Part shown: positions 1-9,606 of the stretch, in pieces
Position numbering within the stretch: position 1 is the first letter of the stretch
Layout: each line of letters opens with the position of its first letter
DNA from: a plasmid
DNA length: 64,000 nt
Direction: 5' to 3' (one strand)
Sequence record: NZ_CP067423.1
Notes under the pieces: model-generated
Databases searched by the model: none
What the model saw: the letters and a program-made list of their open reading frames with translations, nothing else
Told to the model about the DNA's origin: nothing
Translations under genes and position numbers: made by a program

Positions 1-759
1 ACCGCATTCTCGACCGCTGCCTTGTCCCTCGGCTGACGCACCCGCGTCGGGACGACGGCGATCCGGTAGTGCTGGGCAAGGTCGTGGTAGCCGGGGTTGA
101 GGGTGGGATCGTAGAACGAGGCGTGGCTGACGCCGACCTTGAGGTTGTCGGGCACCAGGCGGGCCGGAGCACCGCCCAGGTGCTCCAGCAGCCGGACGTG
201 GGAGGCCAGCCAGTCCTCCGACCGCTGCGTCCAGGTCGCTTCGGCGTAGATGTAGCCGGAGTACGGCAGGCAGGCGACGAAGATCTGCGCCGGGCGGGCA
301 TCGGCGCCGACCCCGATCATCAGGGTCATGCCGGCGTAATCGACTTCCAGCGCGTCGCCCGGCAGATGGTCGCGCCGCATCCGGGGAACTGCCCGGGCGG
401 CCTGCCAGTCCCGGAAGCGCTGGACGAACTGGGTGTAGCGGTAGCCGTCGGGATGGCAAACCAGATACTCCTGCCAGAGCAGTTGGAGCGTCACGCCCCG
501 CCGGCCCAGGTCCCGCTCCACCGCTGCCCAGTCCGGCAGGGGACGTGGCTGCGCCGGCGGTGGCGGGAACAGACGCCGCTCCAGCTCCTCGTCGCTCCAC
601 TCCTTCACGTCGCCAAAGCGCAGGTCCGCGCTCTCGAGGCGGCGCAGGTAATCGCGCACCGTCGTGCGCGGCATCCGGCATGCCGCCGCGATCCGGCGCA
701 CGCTCGCCCCGAACTCATCGCGCAGCCGCAAGACTTCCCTGATGCGTCGCATGTCCGAT
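1..759 (-). CDS. istA: IS21-family transposase IstA, partial: N-terminal ~250 aa in window; the C-terminal part lies beyond the window start
   Basis: Reverse-strand translation from the ATG at 760-758 gives MRRIREVLRLRDEFGASVRRIAAACRMPRTTVRDYLRR... (HTH), then LQLLWQEYLVCHPDGYRYTQF...VDYAGMTLMIGV...YSGYIYAEAT...GGAPARLVPDNLKVGV, typical of the IstA DDE core. There is no stop codon down to position 1. The listed + ORF 69..1118 is its antisense shadow. Confidence 0.8.
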
Positions 760-855
760 CTCCCTCGCGGCATCCCACCCTCCCTGCCCATTGTCGCAAG
801 GACCCCAGTGTAGATGCCGATACAGGATCAGACGCCGCCCATCTCTACTCCCACG
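1..855 (-). mobile_element. IS21-family insertion sequence (copy 1), truncated by the window edge; the left terminal region is upstream of istA between about 760 and 855 and its exact terminus is uncertain
   Basis: istA starts at 760. IS21-family elements carry 50-200 bp of terminal sequence before istA. The boundary with the adjacent repeat array (856-948) cannot be fixed without a reference IR. Confidence 0.55.
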
Positions 856-948
856 TGTGGGCGAAATCGCCGAAACGGCAGGGCGGTTTGAACCGAAACA
901 GGGGGGCGCTTTCCCCCGAAATCAGAGGGCGGATTCAGCCGAAATATG
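856..948 (+). repeat. Array of four contiguous ~22-23-bp direct repeats beginning TGTGGGCG (units like GGGCGG-TTT/ATT-N-CCGAAA); putative transposase-binding terminal repeats of the tniABQ element (alternative reading: IS21 terminal repeats)
   Basis: tgtgggcgaaatcgccgaaacggca / gggcggtttgaaccgaaacagg / ggggcgctttcccccgaaatcag / gggcggattcagccgaaatatg. A fifth near-identical copy (ggcggattctagccgaatc) lies at 1372-1390 next to the tniA start. TGTGGGCG is the Tn7 terminal octamer. Confidence 0.65.
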
Positions 949-1148
949 CAGCGGCGCGCCCAGGCGCAAAAATGCTTCCAGTCCGCAGCGTAGGCGCGGC
1001 GGGTGTTGGCCGAGCTCGCCGCCTCGACATAATCGCGCGCGCGATCGGCCAACGCGTCGAGATGCGCCGGCAGGCGCGGATTGGCGACGGCCGGAAGAGG
1101 GGAGGGGGCTTCGGCTGACAGTTCTTCCGGGGCGCGACCCATCTCCAT
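949..1148 (-). pseudogene. Tyrosine recombinase/integrase N-terminal (core-binding domain) remnant, truncated where it runs into the repeat array
   Basis: Minus-strand translation gives MEMGRAPEELSAEAPSPLPAVANPRLPAHLDALADRARDYVEAASSANTRRAYAADWKHFCAWARRCIF, carrying the S-x-NT-x-x-AY-x-x-DW-x-x-F-x-x-W core-binding motif of XerCD-type integrases. Beyond about 949 the reading frame only encodes the periodic repeat units, so there is no catalytic domain. Confidence 0.5.
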
Positions 1149-1271
1149 GACGACATCGATGATGTCGGGCAAATCGTCCGCAGCTTTCGCCTCCAGCCCG
1201 GCCGACGACCGCAGACCTAAAGCATCGTCCTGCGCCCCCGTGCTGTGGGGCGGTGCGGAGGGTCGCGCGAG

Positions 1272-1312
1272 GCGATTTTCGGGCTTCTGCTCGACGATTC
1301 GGGCTGTCGCTC
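1272..1312 (+). repeat. Two tandem ~20-bp repeats (cgattttcgggcttctgctc / cgacgattcgggctgtcgctc), related to the 856-948 units but in inverted orientation
   Basis: Direct reading of the sequence. Motif attttcggg(c) is the reverse complement of the (g)cccgaaat core of the 856-948 units. Confidence 0.4.
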
Positions 1313-1369
1313 GCGTTTGGTCAACGGACGGCAAGTTACTGATCTGGCGCGAATCATCTTCGGAGTTCA

Positions 1370-3094
1370 TTGGCGGATTCTAGCCGAATCAGCGGATTTT
1401 TCGTAACATTCGAGCGGACGAACTTTACAGCGAGGGTGGCTGTGGTTCATGGGCCCGACAAGGAGACGGTTGATGATGCCGCCTGGAATGAGGCGGTTGC
1501 AAGGGAGGCCGTGATCCGCAGACTGGTCTCGCTCGACTGCCCCGGCCGGTCCGATTTCTTCCGGGCTTGCCGTGAACTCGGCCTCAAGCGAACCCGGCTT
1601 TACGAACTGATCAGGGCTTATCGGGAGCATCCGGTCACGAGTTCGCTGCTGCCGCGCCCGGGCGGCACGAGACAGGGCAGCCGCCGGTTGCCGGATGAGA
1701 CCGAAGCGGTAATCGCCGAAGCGCTCCGGGACTTTTACAAGACACGCCAGAAGCCGAGCATCAATCGACTGCACAAGGAGATCCGCGGGCTCTGCCGCTC
1801 GCGTGGCGTGCGCGTACCGTCCTGGCATGCGCTGAAGGCGCGGATCGAGGTCATAGACCCCGCCGAACTGACCAAGGCACGGGAAGGCTCGAAGGCAGCG
1901 CGTGATCGCTTCCACCCAGTTCCGGGAGAATATGCCGCCGAGTGCGCGTTCAACGTAGTCCAGATCGACCACACGCTGGTCGATGTCATTGTCGTCGATC
2001 GCCGATGTCGGCGGCCCCTGCAGCGGCCGTTGCTGACGCTCGCCATCGACATCGCAAGCCGCATGGTCGCGGGCTTCTACCTGACGCTCGAGGCGCCGTC
2101 GACGGTTTCGGTCGCACTCGTAATCCAGCATGTCGTGCAGCCGAAAGAGGTGTGGCTTGCCGGACTGGGCATCGATGCGAAGTGGCCGGCCTGCGGGTTC
2201 CCTGATGCCATCCACCTCGATAACGCCAAGGAATTCCGGTCGCGCGCCCTGCAGCGGGGCGCTGAGGAATATGGCATCGAGCTCATCCATCGTCCGATCG
2301 CCACTCCCCACTATGGCGGCCATATCGAGCGGCTGATCGGCACCATGATGGGCGCCGTCCATCTTCTGCCGGGCACGACGTTCAGCGACATCGACGAGCG
2401 TGGCAGCTATGATTCCGCCGCCCATGCGACGATGACTCTGGATGAACTGGAGCGGTGGATGGCGCTCGAAATCACGCGCTACCACGCCGATCGCCATGGA
2501 ACGCTGGGGATTCCGCCGCTTGCGGCATGGCACGAGGCTGCGGCCCGCCGCGTTCGGCCTGTGCGTCAGCCCCACGATCTCGCCGGCTTCACGATCGATT
2601 TCCTGCCCAGCGCCGACCGGCTGGTGCGGCGTGACGGCATTCACCTGTTCGGTCTCCGCTACTGGGATGACGTGCTGAGCATATGGGCCGGTCGGCTCGA
2701 TCGTGCGTTGCGCGTTTCCTACGATCCACGCGATCTTTCGAGGGTTTTCGTGCGCGCTCCGGATGGTACGCGCTGGCCGATCCGCTTTGCCGATCTGCGG
2801 CGCGCGCCGATCACACTTGGCGAACATCGCCGCGCTCGGACCGCCCTGCGGGAACGCGGTCTTTCGCTGGTCGACGAGCAGCTGATCTTCGAGACCATTG
2901 AGTCCCAGCGCGCACTAGTCGAGGACGCGACCAGGCGCACCAAGGCAGCGCGTCAGCTGGCGGAGAGGCGCGACCGAGCGCTGGAGGCTGCCGCGTCAAA
3001 CGCGCTGGTTGCGGCCGAGCCGGCGCAAATCGAGGATGAGCGGCCGATCGACTGGAGCAAGGTCCCCGTCTTTCCCGTCGAGGAATGGTCGTGA
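1370..3094 (+). CDS. tniA: TniA/TnsB-like DDE transposase (Mu/rve integrase fold) of a Tn5053/Tn7-like element; the true start may be the downstream ATG near 1448
   Basis: 574-aa ORF with HTH N-terminus, then ...VVQIDHTLVDVIVVD...LAIDIASRMVAGFYL...HLDNAKEFRS...IELIHRPIATPHYGGHIERLIG (DDE/rve core) and a TnsB-like C-terminal region. The ORF overlaps tniB by 10 bp. Confidence 0.85.
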   Translation: MADSSRISGFFVTFERTNFTARVAVVHGPDKETVDDAAWNEAVAREAVIRRLVSLDCPGRSDFFRACRELGLKRTRLYELIRAYREHPVTSSLLPRPGGTRQGSRRLPDETEAVIAEALRDFYKTRQKPSINRLHKEIRGLCRSRGVRVPSWHALKARIEVIDPAELTKAREGSKAARDRFHPVPGEYAAECAFNVVQIDHTLVDVIVVDRRCRRPLQRPLLTLAIDIASRMVAGFYLTLEAPSTVSVALVIQHVVQPKEVWLAGLGIDAKWPACGFPDAIHLDNAKEFRSRALQRGAEEYGIELIHRPIATPHYGGHIERLIGTMMGAVHLLPGTTFSDIDERGSYDSAAHATMTLDELERWMALEITRYHADRHGTLGIPPLAAWHEAAARRVRPVRQPHDLAGFTIDFLPSADRLVRRDGIHLFGLRYWDDVLSIWAGRLDRALRVSYDPRDLSRVFVRAPDGTRWPIRFADLRRAPITLGEHRRARTALRERGLSLVDEQLIFETIESQRALVEDATRRTKAARQLAERRDRALEAAASNALVAAEPAQIEDERPIDWSKVPVFPVEEWS

Positions 3095-4014
3095 GAGGGG
3101 AGGGGACTTTCGAGCACCTCGACGACCGCTACCGCCGCTATGCCGCTTTGCCCGACGAAGAGCGCATTGCCTGGATCAAGGCCGACCGCTGGATCGGCTT
3201 CGACCAGGCGCAAGCCGCACTTGTCCGCCTGAACGCGTTGCTTGCCTATCCCCCACGTGACCGTATGCCCTGCCTGCTGATCTATGGCGACACCGGCATG
3301 GGCAAGACCAAGATCGTCCGCAAATTCGAGCGGGCGCATCCGCCCACATTGTGTCAGTCGACGGGCGTGACCAACAGGCCGGTCGTCGTGGCCCAAGTAC
3401 CCTCGGAGCCGGTCGAGCGCGACCTCTATCGGGAACTGCTGGCCAGCCTGCAGGCTCCAGCGCTCGTCGGCGGCGCGCTTGCCCGGGAGAAAGACATCTG
3501 CCGCTCGCTGCTGCGCACCGTCGGCGCCAGAATGATCGTGCTCGACGAGGTCAACGGCATGCTGGCGGGGACCTATCGGCAGCAACGGATTTTCCTGAAT
3601 GCGCTGCGGTTTCTCGCAAACGACCTCAGAGTGCCGCTTGTCTGCGCCGGTACCGACCTGGCGCGCCAGGCCTTGCTCACCGACGCGCAGCTTGCCGAGC
3701 GCTTCGAGGCGTTTCATCTCAAGCTCTGGAAGAACGATCACGCCTTTGCGCGGCTCTTGAAAAGCCTCGCTGGCATCCTGCCGCTGCGCGCTCCGTCCGA
3801 TCTCGAAACGGACGCGGTTCGTGAAAGGATCCACACGCTCACCAGCGGCGTCACGTTCAGGATTTTCCAGCTGATCGAGACGGCAGCCGAGGAGGCGATC
3901 CGGTCGGGGAAGGAACGGCTCGACCTGATGAGCTTCGGCGATGATCTTGTCCTTCCGCTTGTGTCGATGACGCAATCGGCACGCCGGCGGATGCCGCAGC
4001 CGGCGGCCGGGTGA
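3085..4014 (+). CDS. tniB: TniB/TnsC-like AAA+ ATPase, transposition regulator
   Basis: 309 aa with Walker A YGDTGMGKTKIV and Walker B MIVLDEVN. The start overlaps the tniA stop and the stop overlaps the tniQ start (ATGA). Confidence 0.85.
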   Translation: MVVRGEGTFEHLDDRYRRYAALPDEERIAWIKADRWIGFDQAQAALVRLNALLAYPPRDRMPCLLIYGDTGMGKTKIVRKFERAHPPTLCQSTGVTNRPVVVAQVPSEPVERDLYRELLASLQAPALVGGALAREKDICRSLLRTVGARMIVLDEVNGMLAGTYRQQRIFLNALRFLANDLRVPLVCAGTDLARQALLTDAQLAERFEAFHLKLWKNDHAFARLLKSLAGILPLRAPSDLETDAVRERIHTLTSGVTFRIFQLIETAAEEAIRSGKERLDLMSFGDDLVLPLVSMTQSARRRMPQPAAG

Positions 4015-5185
4015 TGGAGCCGGATCGTCTGCCCGTGGCGCCGCGGCCCTTTCGCGACGAATTGCTGTCCTCCTGGATGGCGCGGGTGGCATGCCGCTAC
4101 GGCCTTACGGCGCAGCAACTAGCCGGCTATTTCAGTGGCCTGTCGTCACCCCTGCCGATAGACGACGGGGCTCCGGCGGCCGGGCAGACGAGGGTTTGGG
4201 CACAGATCTGCAGTGTCGACCCCGATCGGTTGCATCGCCTGTCCCTGAGCTGGCGCTACCCGCGACGCGCTCGAGCCTGGTACGTAAGCAGGGGACCGGA
4301 ATGGACGCCGTCGGCGATGTCCGGGTCTATCCCAGTCTGTCTCGCTTGCTTCGCTGCCGATCGCGCTGCGGGCCACGACGCGCATCTTCGAGCCGGCTGG
4401 ATGCTCGCCGAACGCTGTATCTGCCCAACTCATGGCGAGTTGCTGCACGATCACTGCGTATCGTGCCACTGGCGTCTTTCCGTGGCTTTCCACCTGCACG
4501 ACGGAAGCGCGCGGCCTGTCTGCAGCCATTGCGCGCGGCTTCTCACCGATAGGGGAGGGAGGGCGGTCAGCCACAGGATCCCGCCCTCCTGGCGACGGCG
4601 CTGGCCACCCAGCAGCGGATCACGGCAAGCGTCAACGGTGAAAATCCCGAGGGCGACAGGCTCGAGAAGGCGCTCTCAGTGCTCTGGGCGCCGCTCGACC
4701 ATCCGGCAGCAGCGCGGCCGGTGCTGGCGCTGTGGTTCAACGAAGCCGGCTGGCGCTGTCCCTATGAAGCCAGGCATGCCGTCGGCGCCAAAACTCCGCT
4801 CGGCCAGTTGCCGGTGCGCTGGCGCTTCCTGACGCTGCTGGCTCTGGACGACGTTTTCGGTACCGATCCGCGCGTGGACGGTGCAATGCCGCCTGTCGCC
4901 GCTCATCTCGCCCGGCGGGCCGCGCCACGACCGATCCGCCTCTCAAGGCCAAGCCGACGGCCGCACGTCCAGCTGCTGAAGCGCTCGGCGGCCGAGTACG
5001 AGCGCCTGGCACGTCAAATTCTGGCTGATCCGAACTGGACCGCAGCGGAAGAGCTGCCCCCGCGAAAGCGAGAGCGTGTCCGGGCTCGGCTGATCGATGC
5101 TGCGCTTGCCGGGAATCCGGCGTCACCCGGGGCATGGTTGTCGCCCAAACTATCGAGCGACGAGCAGGCGATTCAGAAATGCTGA
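4011..5185 (+). pseudogene. tniQ: TniQ/TnsD-like target-selection protein, disrupted by a 1-nt frameshift in the G-run at 4551-4566
   Basis: Frame 0 ORF 4011..4832 starts MMEPDRLPVAPRPFRDELLSSWMARVACRYGL (typical TniQ N-terminus). It reads protein-like through ...HCARLLTDRGG, then becomes Arg/Ser-rich junk. A second frame is blocked by TAG at 4550 but reads protein-like from 4553 (GEGGQPQDPALLATALATQQRI...LSVLWAPLDHP...) to the stop at 5185. The combined length of about 390 aa matches TniQ. Confidence 0.7.
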
Positions 5186-5554
5186 GACTGCGTGCTGCGG
5201 GGCGTAGTCTCACGAATTTCGATTCATCCGGCCGTACAAGGATGCACGAGATTTCGTCCGCAAGCCCGATTGACGTCGATATCGGCATTCTGCTCGACGA
5301 GAGAGGCTGCCCGCTGCCGCTGTCCGGGGATTAAGCGCAAACCCGGTCCGCTCAATGAACGCGAATTCTCGTCGATCTGACGCCTAAAGGAGACTGTCCG
5401 CCGGTGAAAAGCGAGCCACAAGGCCATTTTTTAAGGGGTCTCACAAAACGAGCGATAATGCAAGATTATCATTCATTATTGTTTGCCGACAGGCAGGGCG
5501 CTTTAGGCATATTATCGTTGTCAAAAGCGCCGCCGTGATTCATCCTGCTTTTCG

Positions 5555-6595
5555 ATGATTCTGCGGCCCAAACTCCTCTCGCGCCACCCCGGCAAGCTTC
5601 TTGACGCGGTGGCCGTCGCTCCGTGGGCCCTGGTCCCGGCCTGGCTGCGCCGGGCAATCCCGGATGCGCAAAGCGTTGCGGGAAAGGAAGTTGAGGAGGT
5701 CGCGCTTGCTGCCGGTGCTGCTATCGGCGCCCTCGATGCGGTAGTCCGCCGGCAGGAACGGTGGGCCGGGGTCTGGCGGCAGCGCCTGGCGCTTGTCGCG
5801 GCCGCGGTGACGGCACGACAGGCCGGCCGCGTCGAGGATTCTTTGGCATTGCGCGACGCCGTGCTGCTGACACGCCCCGGCGATTTTTTGTCCGTTGGCC
5901 CGGCCGGGCTTTTGCTGCTCGCCTGGCGCCGGTTGGTCGACACGCCTGCCGAGAAACTGCTGACCGAGCGGAGCATCGGCGCGGTGTTGGAAGAACTCGG
6001 CTACGCCCCGGATGAAGAGGTGGTCAGCGCTCTGGTGGGGGAACTCGGTCAGATCGGCGGCGGGGCAGAGACGGTCGGGATGCTGACCGGTGCTTTTGTG
6101 GCCGCCGAACGCTATGGTTTTGGGCCGGCTTTCGGCGCCTGGCTCGCCGACGGTCTGCTGGCGCAGCGGCTGGCGTGGCCGCATGCAATACCGCTGCTGG
6201 GCACCGAAGCTGCTTTTTTTGGCATGCGTGCCGGGCATTCACGTCGGGCGGCGACCGGTATGGCGGCAGCGGGCCCTGAGACAGAGCCGGAGCGTGCCAA
6301 AAAACTGCTGGCGGCACAGGCGCGGGCGGCGCTGCGCGCCATCGATCTTTTTGCTGAGCTCGGCCGCCGTGCCGAAAAACTGCTGGCCGTCGCGCCGAAA
6401 CTCAGGGCCAAGGGAGCGGACGCGATCGTCGACCGGTTGTTGAACGAAGACGCGCTCATGGCCTCGCGCGGGGACAAAAAAATGGACAAAAAGATGAGTG
6501 ACCGGGGGCTACGCCGCCTGTTCGACCGGCTTCTTGTCCTGGGTGCCGTGCGTGAGCTGTCCGGTCGCCCGACCTTCCGCACCTACGGACTGTGA
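5555..6595 (+). CDS. Conserved hypothetical protein (DUF1403-like), found adjacent to scpB on rhizobial replicons
   Basis: 346-aa ORF, protein-like composition, preceded by an AT-rich promoter region (5440-5550). The assignment to DUF1403 is from memory of the family, not a search. Confidence 0.55.
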   Translation: MILRPKLLSRHPGKLLDAVAVAPWALVPAWLRRAIPDAQSVAGKEVEEVALAAGAAIGALDAVVRRQERWAGVWRQRLALVAAAVTARQAGRVEDSLALRDAVLLTRPGDFLSVGPAGLLLLAWRRLVDTPAEKLLTERSIGAVLEELGYAPDEEVVSALVGELGQIGGGAETVGMLTGAFVAAERYGFGPAFGAWLADGLLAQRLAWPHAIPLLGTEAAFFGMRAGHSRRAATGMAAAGPETEPERAKKLLAAQARAALRAIDLFAELGRRAEKLLAVAPKLRAKGADAIVDRLLNEDALMASRGDKKMDKKMSDRGLRRLFDRLLVLGAVRELSGRPTFRTYGL

Positions 6596-6597
6596 CG

Positions 6598-7320
6598 ATG
6601 GCGGCTCGTTCGACCAAAACTCGGCGAGACAATGGGGATGGGCAACGACCGTTGCTTGACCGGGAGCTGGATCACCTGCCGCCGGAGGCGCGCTGGCGCG
6701 AATGGATGCAGCGCGTTGAGGCAACCATTTTTGCCGCCAGCGAGCCGGTGACACGTAGTGTCCTCGCGCGGGTGGTTGGCGCGGATTGCAACCTCGATCT
6801 CTTGATCGACGACATTCGCGAGGAGCTGCGCGGGCGGCCTTACGACCTGGTCGCCGTCGCCGGCGGCTGGAAACATTTGACCCGGCCGACCTATGCCGAC
6901 GCCATCCGCGCCGCTATGGGCGGCAGTGAGAAGGCGATGGATCTCACGCAATCCGAGGTGCTGGTGCTGATGTGCGTGGCGTATTTCCAGCCGATCACCC
7001 GCGCCGAGTTGTCGTCTTTCTTCGGCAAGGAGATCAGTCGTGATTTTATTGGTCATCTGCGCGGCGCGAAGCTGATTGCGTCCGGCCCGCGCAGCCCGAC
7101 GCCCGGCGCGCCCTACACCTACGTGACGACCAAAGAATTCCTGTTGGAGTTCGGCCTCGACACGCTGCGCGACCTGCCGGATTTCGAGGCGCTCGAAGAC
7201 GCCGGGTTGCTGTCGAAGGAGAAGCTGCTGGCAGGGGATATTCCGATGGGGATTGCGGGCGGTGAAGATGATGGCGAGGACGAGCAGCCGAGCGTCGGTC
7301 TCGTCGACGACGCGATGTGA
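6598..7320 (+). CDS. scpB: Segregation and condensation protein B (ScpB)-like
   Basis: Start overlaps the upstream stop. The sequence ...EATIFAASEPVTRSVLARVVG...EELRGRPYDLVAVAGGWKHLTRP...LTQSEVLVLMCVAYFQPITRAELSSFFGKEISRDFIGHL... shows the tandem winged-helix ScpB pattern, with an acidic tail. Confidence 0.7.
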   Translation: MAARSTKTRRDNGDGQRPLLDRELDHLPPEARWREWMQRVEATIFAASEPVTRSVLARVVGADCNLDLLIDDIREELRGRPYDLVAVAGGWKHLTRPTYADAIRAAMGGSEKAMDLTQSEVLVLMCVAYFQPITRAELSSFFGKEISRDFIGHLRGAKLIASGPRSPTPGAPYTYVTTKEFLLEFGLDTLRDLPDFEALEDAGLLSKEKLLAGDIPMGIAGGEDDGEDEQPSVGLVDDAM

Positions 7321-8164
7321 TGAACGGATCATCCTGGTTTTCCTGCGCCCGCCGATGAGAACTCATGACCATGACGACTGATCGTGCGACAGGCGATGAC
7401 CGGTGAACCTACATGGCGTTGCCGTCAAGCAGGCTGGCCGGAAATAGCACCAACTTGGTGCCGCCGGCATAGCGTCGCGGCGAGAACAGGATGTCACGAA
7501 ACCCTGCTGCTTGACCTGGTCGGCGGGCTTCCAGGAAGATTCTGATGCTGTCCCGTGTCTTCCTGACGACCAGCACGAAAGCGAATTTGCTCGTGCGAAC
7601 AAGGCCGGTCTATGCCGATGCGTCGTCTGGCGGGGCAGTTCGCTTTGGAGCGGTTTGGTGATCGCTGAGGGTCTGGGAGAGACTGTGCAGCGCCCTCAGC
7701 AATTCTCCCATCGCCATACTGTGGGACAGCCCGTCTTTTTCGACGACCTTGATCAGCGCCTCGATATGGGCGCTGTCGGTATCCCACGGATTCGAAGAAG
7801 TTTTCATAAAGCATCGATTCAGGGGCAACGCGCGGGCGGCCAGGAGCGGGATGCCGCCCGCCGTGTTGCCTGATTTGCGTACTCGTTACCTGGCGCGAAT
7901 CCCAATCTCGCTGATTATGGTTAAAATAGCATTACAGACTGCGTTTGAATCAGCACCGAAGCATGCCGCTTTGTCGGGCGGATGCAGCGGCACGAGGGCA
8001 ATGCCCGTGTCGAACGGACACGACAGGATGGCCTGCTCGATTGTCAGAAACTGAAAGCGAACAGTAGATGTCGGTGTGATCGCCAGGACTGCTGAGCGAC
8101 CTTACGGAATTCGAGGATTTCGGCTGCCCGCTTTGGCATCGAATGCTCGGTCGTGGTGATTGAG

Positions 8165-8354
8165 TGTGAAATCGCACCGAACAGTAACCCCGCGTCGAGC
8201 AGGATTTATCGACCTGATTTCATTGCGAAAATTAGAATTGTCCAAGGATCTAAGAAGGCGCAAATCGCAACCCTTCGAAAATCTGGGAAAGAGCAGCTGA
8301 ATCAGACACTTGAGCATGCTGGTGCTTGGGGTTACTGTTCGGCGCGATTTCACA
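8165..8354. mobile_element. MITE-like palindromic intergenic element, copy A (~190 bp) with 27-bp terminal inverted repeats
   Basis: Left arm tgtgaaatcgcaccgaacagtaacccc (8165-8191); right arm ggggttactgttcggcgcgatttcaca (8327-8354), its reverse complement with one mismatch. The interior is about 80% identical to copy B at 10258-10451. Confidence 0.7.
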
Positions 8355-8614
8355 ACGTGTATGCGAAACTGATAAAGGTGAAGGCCGCGCCACCTCGATG
8401 ACAACCTTGTCCGCTACAATGTCGCTTGCACCTATTCGCTGCTGGGCGAGACTGATGGTGCCATCAAATTGCCGGAAATTTGCCTGAAGCAGTTTGGGAC
8501 CGACATGAAGCAATGGATCAAAAACGACTCTCGATCTCATCCGGGATCATCCGGCAATCAGACGCTTTTAGCGCCGTATTGATGTCCGTCAGCAATGCTA
8601 TGTTAGGAAGTCAA

Positions 8615-9403
8615 ATGGCTGAGCCGCCCTATCGCGTCCAGGCGTTCAACAGCGCCACGCACTCCGAAAACAGGATGCACGATGATGCGGTGGCGCAAAA
8701 ATATGGCTTCAGCGGCGGCCTGGTGCCAGGCGTCGATGTCTTTGCGTATATGGTCCACGTTCCGGTGGCGAAGTGGGGACGAGCCTTCCTCGAGCGCGGC
8801 CTGATGGAGGTGCGCTTCGCGAAGCCGGTTTACGATGGCGAAACCGTGGTGGTTACGTCCGAGCCTTCAGACGAAGGCCTAGCGATTGCGCTCAACGGCA
8901 GCGACGTTCGAGCTGCCGGCAGTGCCTCGCTGCCGGACGCGCCACCCCCGATCTCCGTTGGCGATTATCCCGAGACTGCGCCGGTTGCGGTGCGGGGGCC
9001 GGTCGATCTCAGGTCTTACCAGGTCGGCAAATGGCTCGGAACGGCGCCGCGCTCCTGGCCGGGCCAATCTGGAGCGGACTATCGGGCGGAAGTACGCGAA
9101 ACCGATCCAATCTATGCTCGCGAAGGGTTGGTGCATCCCGGTATGGTGCAGCGGGTTATGAACCGGGTCTTGATGGAGAACGCTTTACTGGGGCCGTGGA
9201 TTCATCTCGGCAGCCGCATGCAGATGCTGTCCACAGCTGCTTGCGATGAAGAGTTGGTCGCGCGGGCACGCGTTACCGCGAACTACGAAAAGAAGGGCAA
9301 CCGTTTCGTGGAAGTAGATGCCGTTGTTGTTGCGAACGGCCGGAAGTTGATCGCCCACTGCCAGCACATCGCGATCTATCAACTTCGCGAACGAGCAGCG
9401 TGA
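8615..9403 (+). CDS. MaoC-like (R)-specific enoyl-CoA hydratase / hot-dog fold dehydratase; start assigned to the ATG at 8615 with an AGGAAG RBS
   Basis: N-terminus AEPPYRVQAFNSATHSENRMHDDAVAQKYGFSGGLVPG matches the MaoC-like signature. The long ORF 8480..9403 includes an unlikely N-terminal leader. Confidence 0.65.
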   Translation: MAEPPYRVQAFNSATHSENRMHDDAVAQKYGFSGGLVPGVDVFAYMVHVPVAKWGRAFLERGLMEVRFAKPVYDGETVVVTSEPSDEGLAIALNGSDVRAAGSASLPDAPPPISVGDYPETAPVAVRGPVDLRSYQVGKWLGTAPRSWPGQSGADYRAEVRETDPIYAREGLVHPGMVQRVMNRVLMENALLGPWIHLGSRMQMLSTAACDEELVARARVTANYEKKGNRFVEVDAVVVANGRKLIAHCQHIAIYQLRERAA

Positions 9404-9606
9404 GGCACAAGGCTGTCGAGCAGCATCGTCACCGGCGCACCCGGTTCTGCAGGCCGTCAAAACAGATAAGGGAACGCAAGACACGCACGTGACAATCGCT
9501 CCACCAGACGCGGACGGGGATTCTAGTCGCCTTTCAAGTTTGTCCCCCAGGACAGCCCGTGTCTGCTTCGGCGGCGCGGGCATCCTTACAACGAAAGCAA
9601 TCAAAG

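Noticed and set aside
69-1118. 349-aa + strand ORF (and the nested 545..742 and 791..1150 ORFs)
   Set aside because: Antisense shadow of the IS21 istA gene and of the repeat/integrase-remnant region. Arg/Pro-rich low-complexity translation with no recognisable fold.
828-1370. 180-aa minus-strand ORF read as one protein
   Set aside because: Only residues ~75-143 look like a real integrase core-binding domain. The C-terminal 38 aa are the periodic translation of the 22-bp repeat array, and the N-terminal 74 aa are low-complexity. Treated as a truncated remnant.
4011-4832. Treating the tniQ frameshift as programmed ribosomal frameshifting
   Set aside because: No slippery heptamer plus stimulatory structure. 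The shift is inside a simple G-run. A mutation or sequencing error is far more likely.
7320-8164. Possible small genes or transposase fragments in the 0.85-kb gap after scpB (for example minus ORF 7610..7828, HIEALIKVVEKDGLSHSMAMGELLRALHSL)
   Set aside because: Short, frame-broken and without diagnostic motifs. Could be a decayed IS fragment or a small regulator. Not callable without a search.
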